Assembly: GCA_905178155.1 (NCBI GenBank)
Contig: CAJINV010000006.1
Span: 2,768,658-2,832,657, forward strand
DNA: 64,000 bases
Reading direction: 5' to 3'
From: Amoebophrya sp. A120
Taxonomy: Eukaryota > Protista > Dinoflagellata
Under the pieces are notes generated by a model that saw nothing but the letters and a program-made list of their open reading frames with translations, was not told the origin of the DNA and searched no databases. The number at the start of each line of letters is the position of its first letter. Position 1 is the stretch's first letter. Both the position numbers and the translations under genes were made by a program. This document shows positions 33,399-44,900 of the stretch, piece by piece.

Positions 33399-36300
33399 AT
33401 GAAGTACAGAACAAGGCTTAACGATGAAGTCGAACAGACATAATTATTTGAAACCTCGCACCCAGTGAGCATTTGCACTTGGACATTGGTAGGTGCATGC
33501 TGGCTCTTTTCTGCAGGATAGTGCCGAAGAGAGCAGAGAAGGCAGCCACGCGGGAACACTCCACCACAGCCACGTCGTCGCACGAGGAGGTGGAGGAGGA
33601 CGCGCGGCAGGCCCGGGAAGAGGAAAAGCGGGAGGCTGAGGAGAGGGCCAAGGATGCAGCCGATACGACCGCAAGTGGGCAACAAGGCACCGCGGAGTCC
33701 TACTTGCAGATGTTTTCGAAGCTGTTTCACAGACAGAATGCGAACGGGGATGATGATGATGATGACGATGACGATGACCAGGACGATGCCGACGCCGGTA
33801 TAATCTGACATTTCGTAGTACTAGTACAAGTCGTTCCAGCTGTAATAACTTCTCCGCACGGAAAAAATGAACTAGAGCGAGAAAGGGGCTTTTTGGTCTT
33901 TGAGGTTGAGCACCATAAGGGCAATTGTTAAAAACAAATTGGATGACCATCTTGATGATCTTCTGCACATTTTCCCAAATTTCTCTATCAAAAAACAGAT
34001 GACGATGTAGTTGATGACGACGAGGACGACGGCAAAGAACCTGTTCAGCCGGTGCACGTGGCCGACCTGGTCGGCTTTACGGACAAATCCTACGGTGCTG
34101 CGGGCTTTCGCGAGAATTTCTTCGAGGAGTTCAATGTTACTGTAAGACCCGATGAACCTGTTCCCAAAGACAAGGCGTTGGCCGTCTGGACCGCGCTTGA
34201 GGCCGGTCTGGAGGCAGACGGCGTCGATGTTCCGGAGGAGGGGCAGGATGGGAAAGACTGGCCAAACAACCTGTACCAAGTCTACCTCAATTACACGTCG
34301 TTGGTGCCGGCTTCCTCTTATGCACTGCAAAAGTATCGTACTCGTAGTAATCGCTATCGTGCATGACAAATATCCCTTTTTAGGTAGATTAGCATTACAA
34401 GTTTCATTTTTCTTCTTGAAAAAATTTGTGATGCAGTTTATACTAGTACGATGGATGCTTTTGCAATGCATTCCTCTGACAACGACAAGACGTGGCGGGA
34501 AACGGTGGCGAAAGGGAAATCTTATGAAATGCAAAAGTGTCTGGGTCTGGAAGAATGCAAGTTTGTCATGCTTGTCTGGCATGACTCTTAAATCTGTCAT
34601 GCACATCACCAAAGAGCCCCACACCACTTTGCTGTCATGCAGAGACGTAGTTTGTCATGCAGAATAGGCAACACCTAGAAGCTCAGAAACTTGTCATGCT
34701 GAGCCAGCAATTGTGGCCTCCTCATGATACGCCACACAGCATCACAAGTTTCCAGACCCAGACATTTTTACATTTGATAAATCTGCAATCAAGACGATGG
34801 GAAAACTGGTGTGCGCAGCGGGAGCGGATGAACCGGAGAAATTGACCGAGGACATGAAGCTGTTCTGTAGCAGCGGATCGTGGCGTCACCCAGCAACAAC
34901 CTCTGCTCCGGTGCGAGACCTCCGGCCGGTTGACGGGTGGGAGCTAAATGAAATTCAGAAGAACGACAATAAAGAGGACCAGGCCGGGAATGACAACCAA
35001 GAGGACCAGACCTCCCACGAGATGAACAAGGCGGAGTATGTGAAAAATGTGGAAAAGGGCGATGTGTCTTTCCTTGGAGTACAGGCCAAGTTCGGCAGGG
35101 ACGAGGATGACGACGATGATAACGCCGATGGTGATCGCAATTTCAACGATGATGAAGGTGGCGAGAAACGTTTCGTGCCGGCAGAGTCTGTATCAAATGC
35201 AAATATGTATGGGTCTGGAACAAGGTTGCAACTTGTGATGCTGTGTTTGGATTCTAAAAAGATTTGGTTTGCATGACCAACAAGAGGCGTCCTGTTTGTG
35301 CTACGCGGGGAGGGCATTTGTCATGCCGAATAGGCATCAGGAAGCCTTCTAAAAATCTGTGGTGCTAAGTCATGCATGACAGGCATCGCGGGTCATGCGA
35401 AACATGCAGGACAAACCGTGCACTCTTCCAGACCCAGACATTTTTGCAATCCATAGTCTCGTCGTCCTGAGAACTCGACTAGCACTACTACGACGACCAC
35501 CACCAGTTCTACGACCATCACCCGTATCGAGTTTTCTGGTTGTTTTTTTTTTCTGAATCTATAGCATGATCATCAGAGCCTGTTTGCAATAGATCACGCC
35601 TCAAGAATCGTCGATAAGTTGGGAGTCTTGGCCAAATAAGTACGTGCTGCTACATCTTCAAAACAGGTCACCTCTGGTTCCAGTGCACGGACCAAATCCG
35701 GATCTACCTGGATCTATCCACTGCAAATAGATACCGTTGGATGTTGTCTGGAAGGCGAAGGATGCGAACTTGTGATGCGCATTTTGCAGCATAAAAAAAG
35801 GTGTCATGAATAGAATGGAAACCAAAAAGTTGCAGTGCGCATTGACATTATTGGCCACCCGCTCGCCAGCAATGTGAAAGAGGGGCTTTGTCATGTGCCG
35901 GATTACACATGAAGACGAGACCTTCTCAGGACCTGTGATCATCATGCTGGGGCGTGCATGGTTGACCTCCTGGATGGTCATGCCAAAGCTGCATCACAAG
36001 CCTTTGCATCCTTCCAGATCTAGGTCGATGTTTGCAGTTGATACCACCAAGGAGCGACCAGCAGTACGACTACCAGCACAACCACGACTATGCTGTGGAA
36101 AAGCGTCGTCCCGATAGTTAAGAATAAAGATGGGGACTTTGCATGCTACACAAACCGACCAGCTTTTGGCTGTCGCGCATGACAAGCTCGTGCTCGCAGT
36201 GCAATCGTGTGTACGTATCTAGTGCACCACCAGGTGCATCACAATTCGATCGTCTTGCCCTGATTGTAGCGTGGCAAACTGCCAGACAGCATTAAGAAAT

Positions 36301-36450
36301 GCTTCTCTTGGGCGGGCTGCGCATGGGAAACATTCGAGGCTTGTAGATTTTTAGCATCACAACTTTTGTTGGATAGGGACGCTTTTACACTGGATACCAA
36401 CTAGCACGACAACCGAGGAAAAGCCGGTCGAGGAGCCCGAGGACGACTGA
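33399..36450 (+). CDS. Acidic, Thr-rich protein of unknown function (5' end uncertain), 5 introners + 3 GT-AG introns
   Basis: Continuous spliced frame MKIVPKRAEK...poly-D...WPNNLYQVYLNY...STSTTTTTT...EEKPVEEPEDD*. TGA 36448-36450. Confidence 0.6.
33404..33516 (+). other. Canonical GT-AG intron
   Basis: AA|GTAC...CTGCAG|G. Confidence 0.55.
33798..33998 (+). other. Canonical GT-AG intron
   Basis: Joins two acidic exons in frame. Confidence 0.75.
34319..34472. mobile_element. Introner family B (ends ATT)
   Basis: DR CCTCT. Confidence 0.88.
34523..34779. mobile_element. Introner family A
   Basis: DR AATCT. Confidence 0.9.
35191..35455. mobile_element. Introner family A
   Basis: DR GTCTG/GTCTC. 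Confidence 0.9.
35524..35666 (+). other. Canonical GT-AG intron
   Basis: C|GTATCG...AAACAG|GT, frame restored. Confidence 0.65.
35715..36043. mobile_element. Introner, degenerate A-like
   Basis: DR decayed GGATC/CCACC. Confidence 0.75.
36089..36396. mobile_element. Introner family C, degenerate
   Basis: DR ACGAC/CCAAC. Confidence 0.78.
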
Positions 36451-37442
36451 GGGGGACTATCAAGACAGCGACGCTTCTTGGACGGACGAGGTGACTGTTT
36501 GATTGCATGAGGACAATTTTTCTGCACCACAGATTTTTTACTGCAACACATACACAACTGGATTTTGTTCATTTTTTTACTTGATCTATTTTGATTTTAC
36601 ATTGCAATATACATTTGCTCTACTGTTTGACGCTACTTTTTCATGTTAACATTTGGATTTGAAATTCCAGTTCTCAATTGCAAGGTCATTCATTTATTTC
36701 ACTTTTGAATTTCTCTTTCTTGTGACATTAAGTATAACTTGTTGTATTCTTTCACGTTGTATGATCATGATCATCCAGGCCGTCGTCGAGGAGCCTATCA
36801 ATTCTACGCAAAAAAATTCCTGTACAAAGATGAAAGTTGACGTAAAATAAGTTCATTGGATGAGGAGACCTCCGTGTGACTGCTTGTAAATGTTTTTGGG
36901 AAAAAATAGATGATACTGTACACACATTCATAAGTTTTGCTGGAAAGAAAGAATAAGAGCCCAACGCTAGTACTCAAAGTTGCTTGGGAAAAAGACGAGC
37001 CGTCGGCAACAGCAGCTGCAGATTTTGGTGTCCGTTTTCTTCAGATGTGATCGCGTGTTTCATCAGGAACAAAAGCGCAACCGATGTTTGCAGTGGTTGA
37101 AGAAGGTCTTCCAGCGGTGCAGATACAGTTATACTCAGCATGCTCAGGAGGCCGCAAATTAGTAAACAAAGACAAGAACTCGTTTTCCTCTCGCCGTGGC
37201 TCTGAAACAAGACAATCTGCTTGTGTTGACAGGAGGATGACGGCTTTCAACAAGATCTTTTACGAACATCAATTATGTCGTGAATGCGCATAATCTATTC
37301 CAAAATAGTACCTGTGTCAGAGGTCGCTTATACGCCTGTGTGTCTTGACGCAGGTCGCGTTTAAGATTTCTTGCACTCATTGCCATTTTTAGAGACGAAC
37401 CTGATTTGATTCTTTCACCCAAGAGCAGAGAAAAAAGCGAAA

Positions 37443-38353
37443 ATGTCCCCCTCTCCCTCGAATAAACGCGAGGACGCAGCGTCTTCTGTAAATCTGACGA
37501 AGGTCACCTCGAAACTGCAAGTTGAAGGTGAGAAAACGTCTTCTATCGAGGTGCACAGTCTTCCCTTCCACATTGAATACGACGGTCCTGCACCCGTGTC
37601 CGCGTACTTTATTCAGGAGAAGGATAAAGAAGTGGGTAGTTGTACTAGTGCAGCGCCTGCCACTGGAGCTGCTTCAGATGGCAAATCTTCAAAAAACCCG
37701 AAGAAAATCGCCTCGTTCCGTGGCCGGGAACTGAAAGGGGAGGAGTTTTCTTTTTCGGGAGGTGCAGCAAACACGAAAAACGATAAAGCATCTTCTCCCG
37801 GCGCACAATATCACAAGGAAAAATCCCCCCTCCCCATATCAAAAGGAAGTTTCTGATGCTGGATTTGCGTATACAAATCAGGTCTGTCTTGCAGTAGAGG
37901 AAAGCAGGCTCCTGCCAAGCCTGAGTAGAGAGCTTGTGGCCTAGGCGCTTAGCATGAGACACGTCTACGCTGTAGGCCCAACAGCATCACAAACCGCCTG
38001 CATAATGCGGCAGAGCCTGTGGAGTTGTCTTCTTGCAAGACAGACGTGATTTGTGGTCTCAAATCAGCAAGACAAATTTTCGCAAACATACCTTTTCGAT
38101 ATGGGGAGGGGGGATTTTTCCCCTCAATACACAAGTGCAAGAACTTCCAGGATCTTCCACGAACAACACAAGCGCAGCTGCTTTTGTCATGCGGAAAATG
38201 AAAAACGAGGACACCGAGGAGCTGGAGTGGCGGTTGAGTGACCGCGTGTCGGACATAACCGTCTGGAATGCGGGGCGAGAAATTTCGGAGGCAGATGAGT
38301 TTCCGCAGTTGATGCAATGGATGAACATTATTGCGCCGGCACTGCACACCTAA
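37443..38353 (+). CDS. RNASEH2C: Ribonuclease H2 subunit C, 1 introner
   Basis: VHSLPFHIEYDGPAPVSAYF, ASFRGRELKG, ITVWN and C-terminal WMNIIAPALH. Confidence 0.85.
37809..38129. mobile_element. Introner family D
   Basis: DR CACAA. Confidence 0.92.
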
Positions 38354-38987
38354 CGATCACCTAAACAGTCTTTTTTCCGGGTCCTCGAGAATGGTGATTC
38401 TATGGACGAGTACGCGCTGCGCTATGGATATGGTGCAGCTATCTATCTTTTAGGAACACGCCTCGTCAGAACTGCGAGGTGGACCACTCGAGCGATGGTA
38501 CACGACGAGGTAATTATTACCTGAAGACCACACCAGACAACTGTAGTAGGTACATAGGTGCTGTGTGCTGAAAGAGCTTCGTCCATAAAAAAGATCTTGA
38601 GGCACGTACAACTGCAACAACAGACAAATATCGAAGTCGATGTTCTTGTTCCCTTCGGCACTTTGATCACTATCGTTGGGTTTCGATCGAAAGGGTAGAG
38701 AGGTAAAACGAGAACAGCTGGACCCTGGATGCACTAAGTAGAGACTGCGGACGCACCACGACCAGAAAGCCCCCCGTAGATGAGCTGTCGTTTGCGTGCG
38801 CTGTCGTGGCAAAACATGTGTATGCTTCTTACATGAATTCGGGTGAGTGAGACTACTTAGAGGGGACAAAGGAGTGGTCGAAAAATCCGCTTTCACGTTG
38901 ACCAGGTTTGGGCATTAAAATGGATGAGTCTGAAGATTCCAAGAATTGTTCTATCTTTGACAAGAAACGGTCGTGAAACAAAAAATC

Positions 38988-41111
38988 ATGTCGGCATCGT
39001 CAACACACCAGACACAAGCGATGGCGGGCGAAGGGCAACGGTTTAGAAGGGCAGATGAAAGCGGTGTTCGGGAATTAGCCGCACCTCCTGCCCCTGCGTT
39101 GAAGCGAAGCAGGGCCGCAATTTCGAAGAAACATCTGAAAACCTTCAGACCACTCGTCAATCCCCCGTCTACATCATCCAGAATTGCAAGCGCCACCATT
39201 TGCCGTATGTTGTTAACACCACCTTTCGCAATTAAACGACGGAAAAAGCTTCTTCTCACCCTCCCCCTCTGTGCGAGTTTGATCCGGTCAGCCGGCCGGA
39301 TTCCGCACAAGGACTACGAATACGGGCAGCAGCAACGGGCGGTGAAGACCACGGTCGTAGGGACGAGTGCTAGTTCTAGTGCTAGTGCTATTTCCACTTC
39401 CGCTGGCGCAAATCAAGGACACCAGCAACAAAACACTCCGCCGCAATTTGTAACCGCCAAGGCCACGTCGGTCGTTCCTCCCCGCCCGCTGAAGAGGTCC
39501 AACCTCGACCGCATCGCGATCAATCCGTCGGCTGGACTGATGTCCAGCAGTAATTATCGGGCGTCCTCTCCGTCTGGGTCGCAGTTCACTCTGGATGAGT
39601 TTGAATTGGAAAACTGGGAAGACGAGTTGCGGGAAGAGGTTTCTTTCCTAGAAAAGCTGAAACTGAACAAAGCCGACGACAAATGGAAGTGCACCAGTAC
39701 CAACGACGCCTTCATCAAGAGCAGCGAGAAGCGGAATTTTGGCGGGAACTACGCCCACAAGGGGGAGGCGACGGAAACGAGTAAAAAGGGGATTTTTCAA
39801 ACCGCGGCCAGCTACGCGGGAAAAGTCGCGGGGGCGGCAGGGACGTTTCAGGTATTTTTTACTTGAATTTTGTAACATGCGTGGTATGCATAGCTACACG
39901 GTGAACTTTTTTGTCATGCGTGGTCTGGTATTGGTATTCCTGATCCGACTGAGTATCGGGTGCAGCTAGTAGTTTCTTTCACACATTTTAGAAGGCGATC
40001 TTCAGTTGTGATGCTGATGCCAATTGAACAATTATCCGCAAATTAGGTCGTCTTCGCTGCTATCCGGCAAGCGGTCGGATCGATCTTGTCGCACGCGGCG
40101 GCGTATGCATTGCAAATACGTCTGGATCTGGATTTGTGTTGCGGGATCTGAAGGACAAGAAGATCTGTAATGCATGAGTACTTACGTCGCCTGGGCATTT
40201 TTTTTGTCATTCTGGAAGCCATTTTCGTTTGTCATGCATTCTACGAATGAACCCGCAATAAAAGCGTCGGAAAACTTATGATGCTGTTATGTGGTACAAG
40301 CGGCTAGTACTCTGCGGTGCGAGGATCAGCAACAGAAATTTCCAGACCCCGAGAAATTTGCTCTGCATACGGCAGCGCAGGTCCCGGTACCGATGAACTT
40401 GTGGAAGACGTTGTTTATCTTCTACCGCGAAATGGGCGAGGACGATTGGATATGAAATGCAAATATCGATATCCCAGGATGTCTGGAAACTTGTGTTGCT
40501 GACACATGTATTGCAGACTGGCCGCTTGTACGACTTAACAGCATGAGAAACTTTCCCGCGCAGCATTTCTTGAGGATTTCATGCGTTTTTAGCATGACAA
40601 ACTACGTCTACGACTACCACATCCAGCACGAGAAATCAACAGTCAGTCGACCTTCAATCGCATTCCTGCATTACAGATTTCTGTTGTCCTTGAGGTTCCG
40701 CATCACAAATCCGGACAACATTCAGGGACATTTGCAATGCATACTGGATGTACATGCCGCGGATTGGGTTTGCATATGGATTGCAAAAGTGTCTGGGTCT
40801 GGAAGATTGCAACTTGTAATGCTATCTTTGGATTCCAAAAAAATCTTTGTCTTGCATGACCTGCAACAGGACTCCAGGTTGTGTTACGCGGAGAGGGCAT
40901 TTCTGATGCGGAATAGGCATTAGGAATCCCTCTACCGAAAATCTGTGTTGCTAGATTATGCATTAGAGGCATCAATCAACATACAAAATATGCATGACAA
41001 GTCTGCATTCTCTCAGACCCAGACATTTTTGCATTTGATATTGCAGCGTTAGATACGACGGTGAACCGGATCAATCGGTACTATCACACGTCCGAGACGA
41101 TCTTCGGGTAG
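38988..41111 (+). CDS. Protein of unknown function, 1 GT-AG intron + 3 introners
   Basis: Long first exon. Spliced frame ...GTFQ|VVFAAIRQAVG...PMNLWKTLFIFYREMGEDDWMYMPRIGFAALDTTVNRINRYYHTSETIFG*. Confidence 0.6.
39852..40046 (+). other. Canonical GT-AG intron
   Basis: CAG|GTATTT...AATTAG|GTC. Confidence 0.7.
40104..40369. mobile_element. Introner family A, degenerate
   Basis: DR CGGCG/CGGCA. Confidence 0.85.
40451..40743. mobile_element. Introner family A, degenerate
   Basis: DR TTGGA/CTGGA. Confidence 0.85.
40775..41040. mobile_element. Introner family A
   Basis: DR TTGCA. Confidence 0.9.
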
Positions 41112-41941
41112 CAAGGATAGAAGGGAAGAAAAGCAGCTTCCTGCTGTACATGCTGCTGGGTTCTTTTGCTACTGCTTGGCGACGTGTACTATCACAGACT
41201 GGCAGGAGAACCATTCTATCGTCGACCGCTCCTGTCGTTCGCACTGTAAACACATCATATGAGATGGAGATCTGCTTCTAGTAGTCCAAGAAACAATGTG
41301 ATGGGAACAGAATTATGATCAGCGGGGAAGATGATGAGGATGAGGATGGCCACGTAAAGGGCCGGCCTGGGCAGAGGCGGTGTTCTGAATAAAGTACAAC
41401 TGCAATGAATTGCTGTATTTCATAATTCGAGGCACAACAACTGCTTCTGCTACAGCCTGTCGACGCTCTTCGTGATTGATACAATTTTTGATTATCAGCC
41501 AGTTTCGGTATCGGTTACCAGATCATCGCTCGTGTAGACTGCATGGGTTTATTTCGTACTTGGAATTATATGATTCATTTCGCTTTCGGTCGCAGCACCA
41601 GTCTGTCCATTTTAACCGTCGGGTTTTCCTCCTCGTAGCCGTGTGCTAGGTAGCCCGTATAATGTTGGTTTTGGATCTCTTGTTCCTACGCAACCAAAAA
41701 TCGAATGTGTATGCGCAATGTCGTTGGTCAAAAAATTGCGTAACTTTCATGCGTTTCGAAGATATCCATGCAGCTCTAAAACGGATTGTTAGAGTGCTGT
41801 GATTGTTTTATCAAACCAAGTTCGTTTTTTGGATTCAATATGTTCGCTGGTGGTTCGTTTGAGTAAATAAATCGCTTTGCGCTGTCCTCGAAAACCCAGA
41901 GGACCTCCAGTGCTGGAAGTATAGATGAAGTAAAGCAAGAA

Positions 41942-44900
41942 ATGTCCCGACGTTCATCTGCGGTGACAATGAAGCCTCCATCGATGTCCCGCCACACGAC
42001 CGGCAGCAAGGTCTTGGCGACTTTCTGTGTGGCATTGTGTCATCTCGAAAGTTCGATCGTGCAGCCAGTAGACGCCACCGCCGCGAATTCGCCCACAGAA
42101 AACGTGCCGACAGTGCCGACGGCCCAACATGCAGCCTCCCACTACGTTTTTGAGAAGAAAATCGCGATCGTCAGCTTGGAAATGGCCGAAAGCGCAAGAG
42201 CGAAGCCCGCGGCTACAGCGAGAAACGGGCAGGACATCAATGCTGCTCGCCTAGTACGGCCAACGTTTGCCACACTCGGCTTGTTTCGCAATCGGACCAG
42301 TTCAAGCACGGGTGCACCATCATCTTCCAAGTGGCCGTCCAGCGCAACAGTGTCTCAGCAGAACCATGGGATCATGACGAAAGACGGCACTACTTCAAGT
42401 GAAATAATTCCCAGCATAAAGGTCTTCGGTAGCACCACAACAACTGCGAAGAGAGAAGCGATTCGAGTCGTGAACTTCTCGGCGGAACTGAAAAATTGCG
42501 AAAAACTGCTGCTCATGCAGGACAATGTTGGCAAAGACCAAGACGACAGTAAAGTGGCGCTGCCGAGCGAGCAAGCGATATCGGCGAGCGTTTCAACGAA
42601 AGTACTAGACCAATGCGAAAAGGACCTGGAAGCTGCGTTGCGGGAAGATGGGGACCATGATGCACCACAGGACGAGACCTCTTCCTCTAGTACTGTTACG
42701 AGCACAGCAGGAAAAAGAACGCCGAAATCTTCGAAAATCCTCATCTTCACAAACTGTACAGCGGACGTCTTCCCTAGAAAGGAAGACCACCTGAAGAGCA
42801 GTGAGGTCTTCAAAAAAGGCGCAGGAGGAGATGGCACTAAACATATAACCAGCGACAACAAGCACCAGCGAGATTTGCTGTACGAGCTCGTGACGAAGAG
42901 TACGTTCGGGGCCGGAGCGGGAAGAGCAGGTCTGGGCAAGACATCATCTTCAACCTCCCCCGACAATAGCAATAAGGGCGAAAAAGTCGCGTCATCAGAA
43001 AACCTTGAAGTCGTTCTGTTCATCGGGCAAAAGACGACCAAGAAGTACTTCGATAGTACTAGTACACAAGTAGAACCACATGCTGGTGCAAGCGGAAAAC
43101 AAGTAGAACAGGCATCATCGTCCTCATCAGCATCTTCAGTACACAGAGCAGCGCCAGTAGGTCATCTCGAACAACTCACCGTCCACCCGTTTTATGGTCT
43201 GAAAAATCTTCTCAGATTGATTGAGGAAAGTTCAAGAGCAACATCCGGCACAGCTGCATCAATGATTATGTCACCGTCAAAACCACAACCGGCCCCAGGA
43301 CAAGAAACCAGTGAGGTGGACGTTGAAAGTAGTAGAACAACGGAACAAGCAGGAGCTGTAGAGAAGACCACTAGTGAAGAAGAAACCCAAACTCTCTCCA
43401 CGATCTGGTATAATGACAACCCGCTTTCATTCTCGTCCGAAAGGGCCAAAACTCTTTTGGACCCAACCTTCGTCTTCCTGGCTCTCTGGGCGACGTTTGT
43501 GGTGTACTGCGGCGCGTGGGTAGCGTGCGAACGAGGCGTGTATCGGAATGTACTAGGACCTGGGTTGGAGGAGGTGTTGAATGACGAAAGATCATGCTGG
43601 GGGAAATGGAAGCGTAGGAACGCCAGTAGGGAGGGAGGTCCAGATGACGACTTTACTAGAAATAACCGGTCGTTATACAATAAACATGGCAGGAATAGTA
43701 GAGAAGACCAGGAGCATTTTTTCCTAACAGACGACGAGGCAGATATCGATTCTGACGCATCAGACGAGCTCGCCGCGGAGGAAACGGTGACGTTCAGCTA
43801 TCAAATGTAAAAATGTCTGGGTCTGGAAGAATGCAACTTGTCATGCTAAATCTGAAGCATACAAAAATCTGTGTTGCATGATTACCAAAAGTCGTCCAGT
43901 TTTGACCAAGTCGGGAGGAAGTTTCTCATGCAGGATAGGCATGAGAGAGATCGCACAGAATCTGTCATGCTAGGTCCTGCATAGCAGACCTCATTGGTCA
44001 TGGAAAAGCTGCATGACAAATCGCGCATTCTTCCGCAGACCCAGACACTTTTGCATTTGATATCAGCTTCAACGTCGCGATTTTCTTTTTTCTTACCGCG
44101 AGTCTGCTCCTCACCATGCTCTTTTTTGTGATCAAATACATCCGCACCGGGATCGTATGCAAGAAAAAAACAGTGTATTAGTGTAACTCTGTGATGCAGA
44201 AAATGCAAAACTGTTACACTTGTCATGCTGGATCTGCGTCATAGGCTACTTTCATACGTGTTTCCACATACTAGTCGCGCGTGACAGGTTTTCCCTGTAA
44301 TGCAAAACGAATCTGTGATGCTGCTCTTCCTACAAAGTGACACTTACTTACACAGTTTTTTTCCTGGATAGATCGTTCTTTTCTACTGCGTCGGGGTGTT
44401 GCAAGCGAGTCACAGTTTGCTCAGGAGGAAAACGAAAATTTTGCTTTGGAAAATCGCCAAGGAAGTGGACAAGTTCAACAAATGGAGGAAAAATTTCGTC
44501 AAGAAATTTTTCAATAACTACCAAAACCAGCAGAAGTCCTTTCTGATCCAGCCCACCCCATCCGCGTTATGGATTGCAAATTTGTCTTTGGAACGTTTGT
44601 CATGCACATTTTGCATGACCCATGATGACTGTGATGCATGCCCTAGCATGACAGGTTTTGTGAGGGCTTCCTAATGCTTCTACCGCATGAGAAATGTTGC
44701 CCTCCCCGCCTAGGATCAGCTACTGGACTCCTCGTCTTGCTGCCCATGCAATACAGATTTTTTGTAGAAGCGACAAACAGCATCACAAGTTGCATTCTTC
44801 CAGACATCCAGGGATATTTGCACCCCATCCGCGTCCGCCTTCGATAACTTCGACGAAACGCCAATCGACGAGCCGAGCTTCGTATCAAATGCAAATATGT

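Noticed and set aside
42355-43680. Long minus-strand ORFs (228 aa, 162 aa)
   Set aside because: Antisense shadows of the + strand SPP-like exon.
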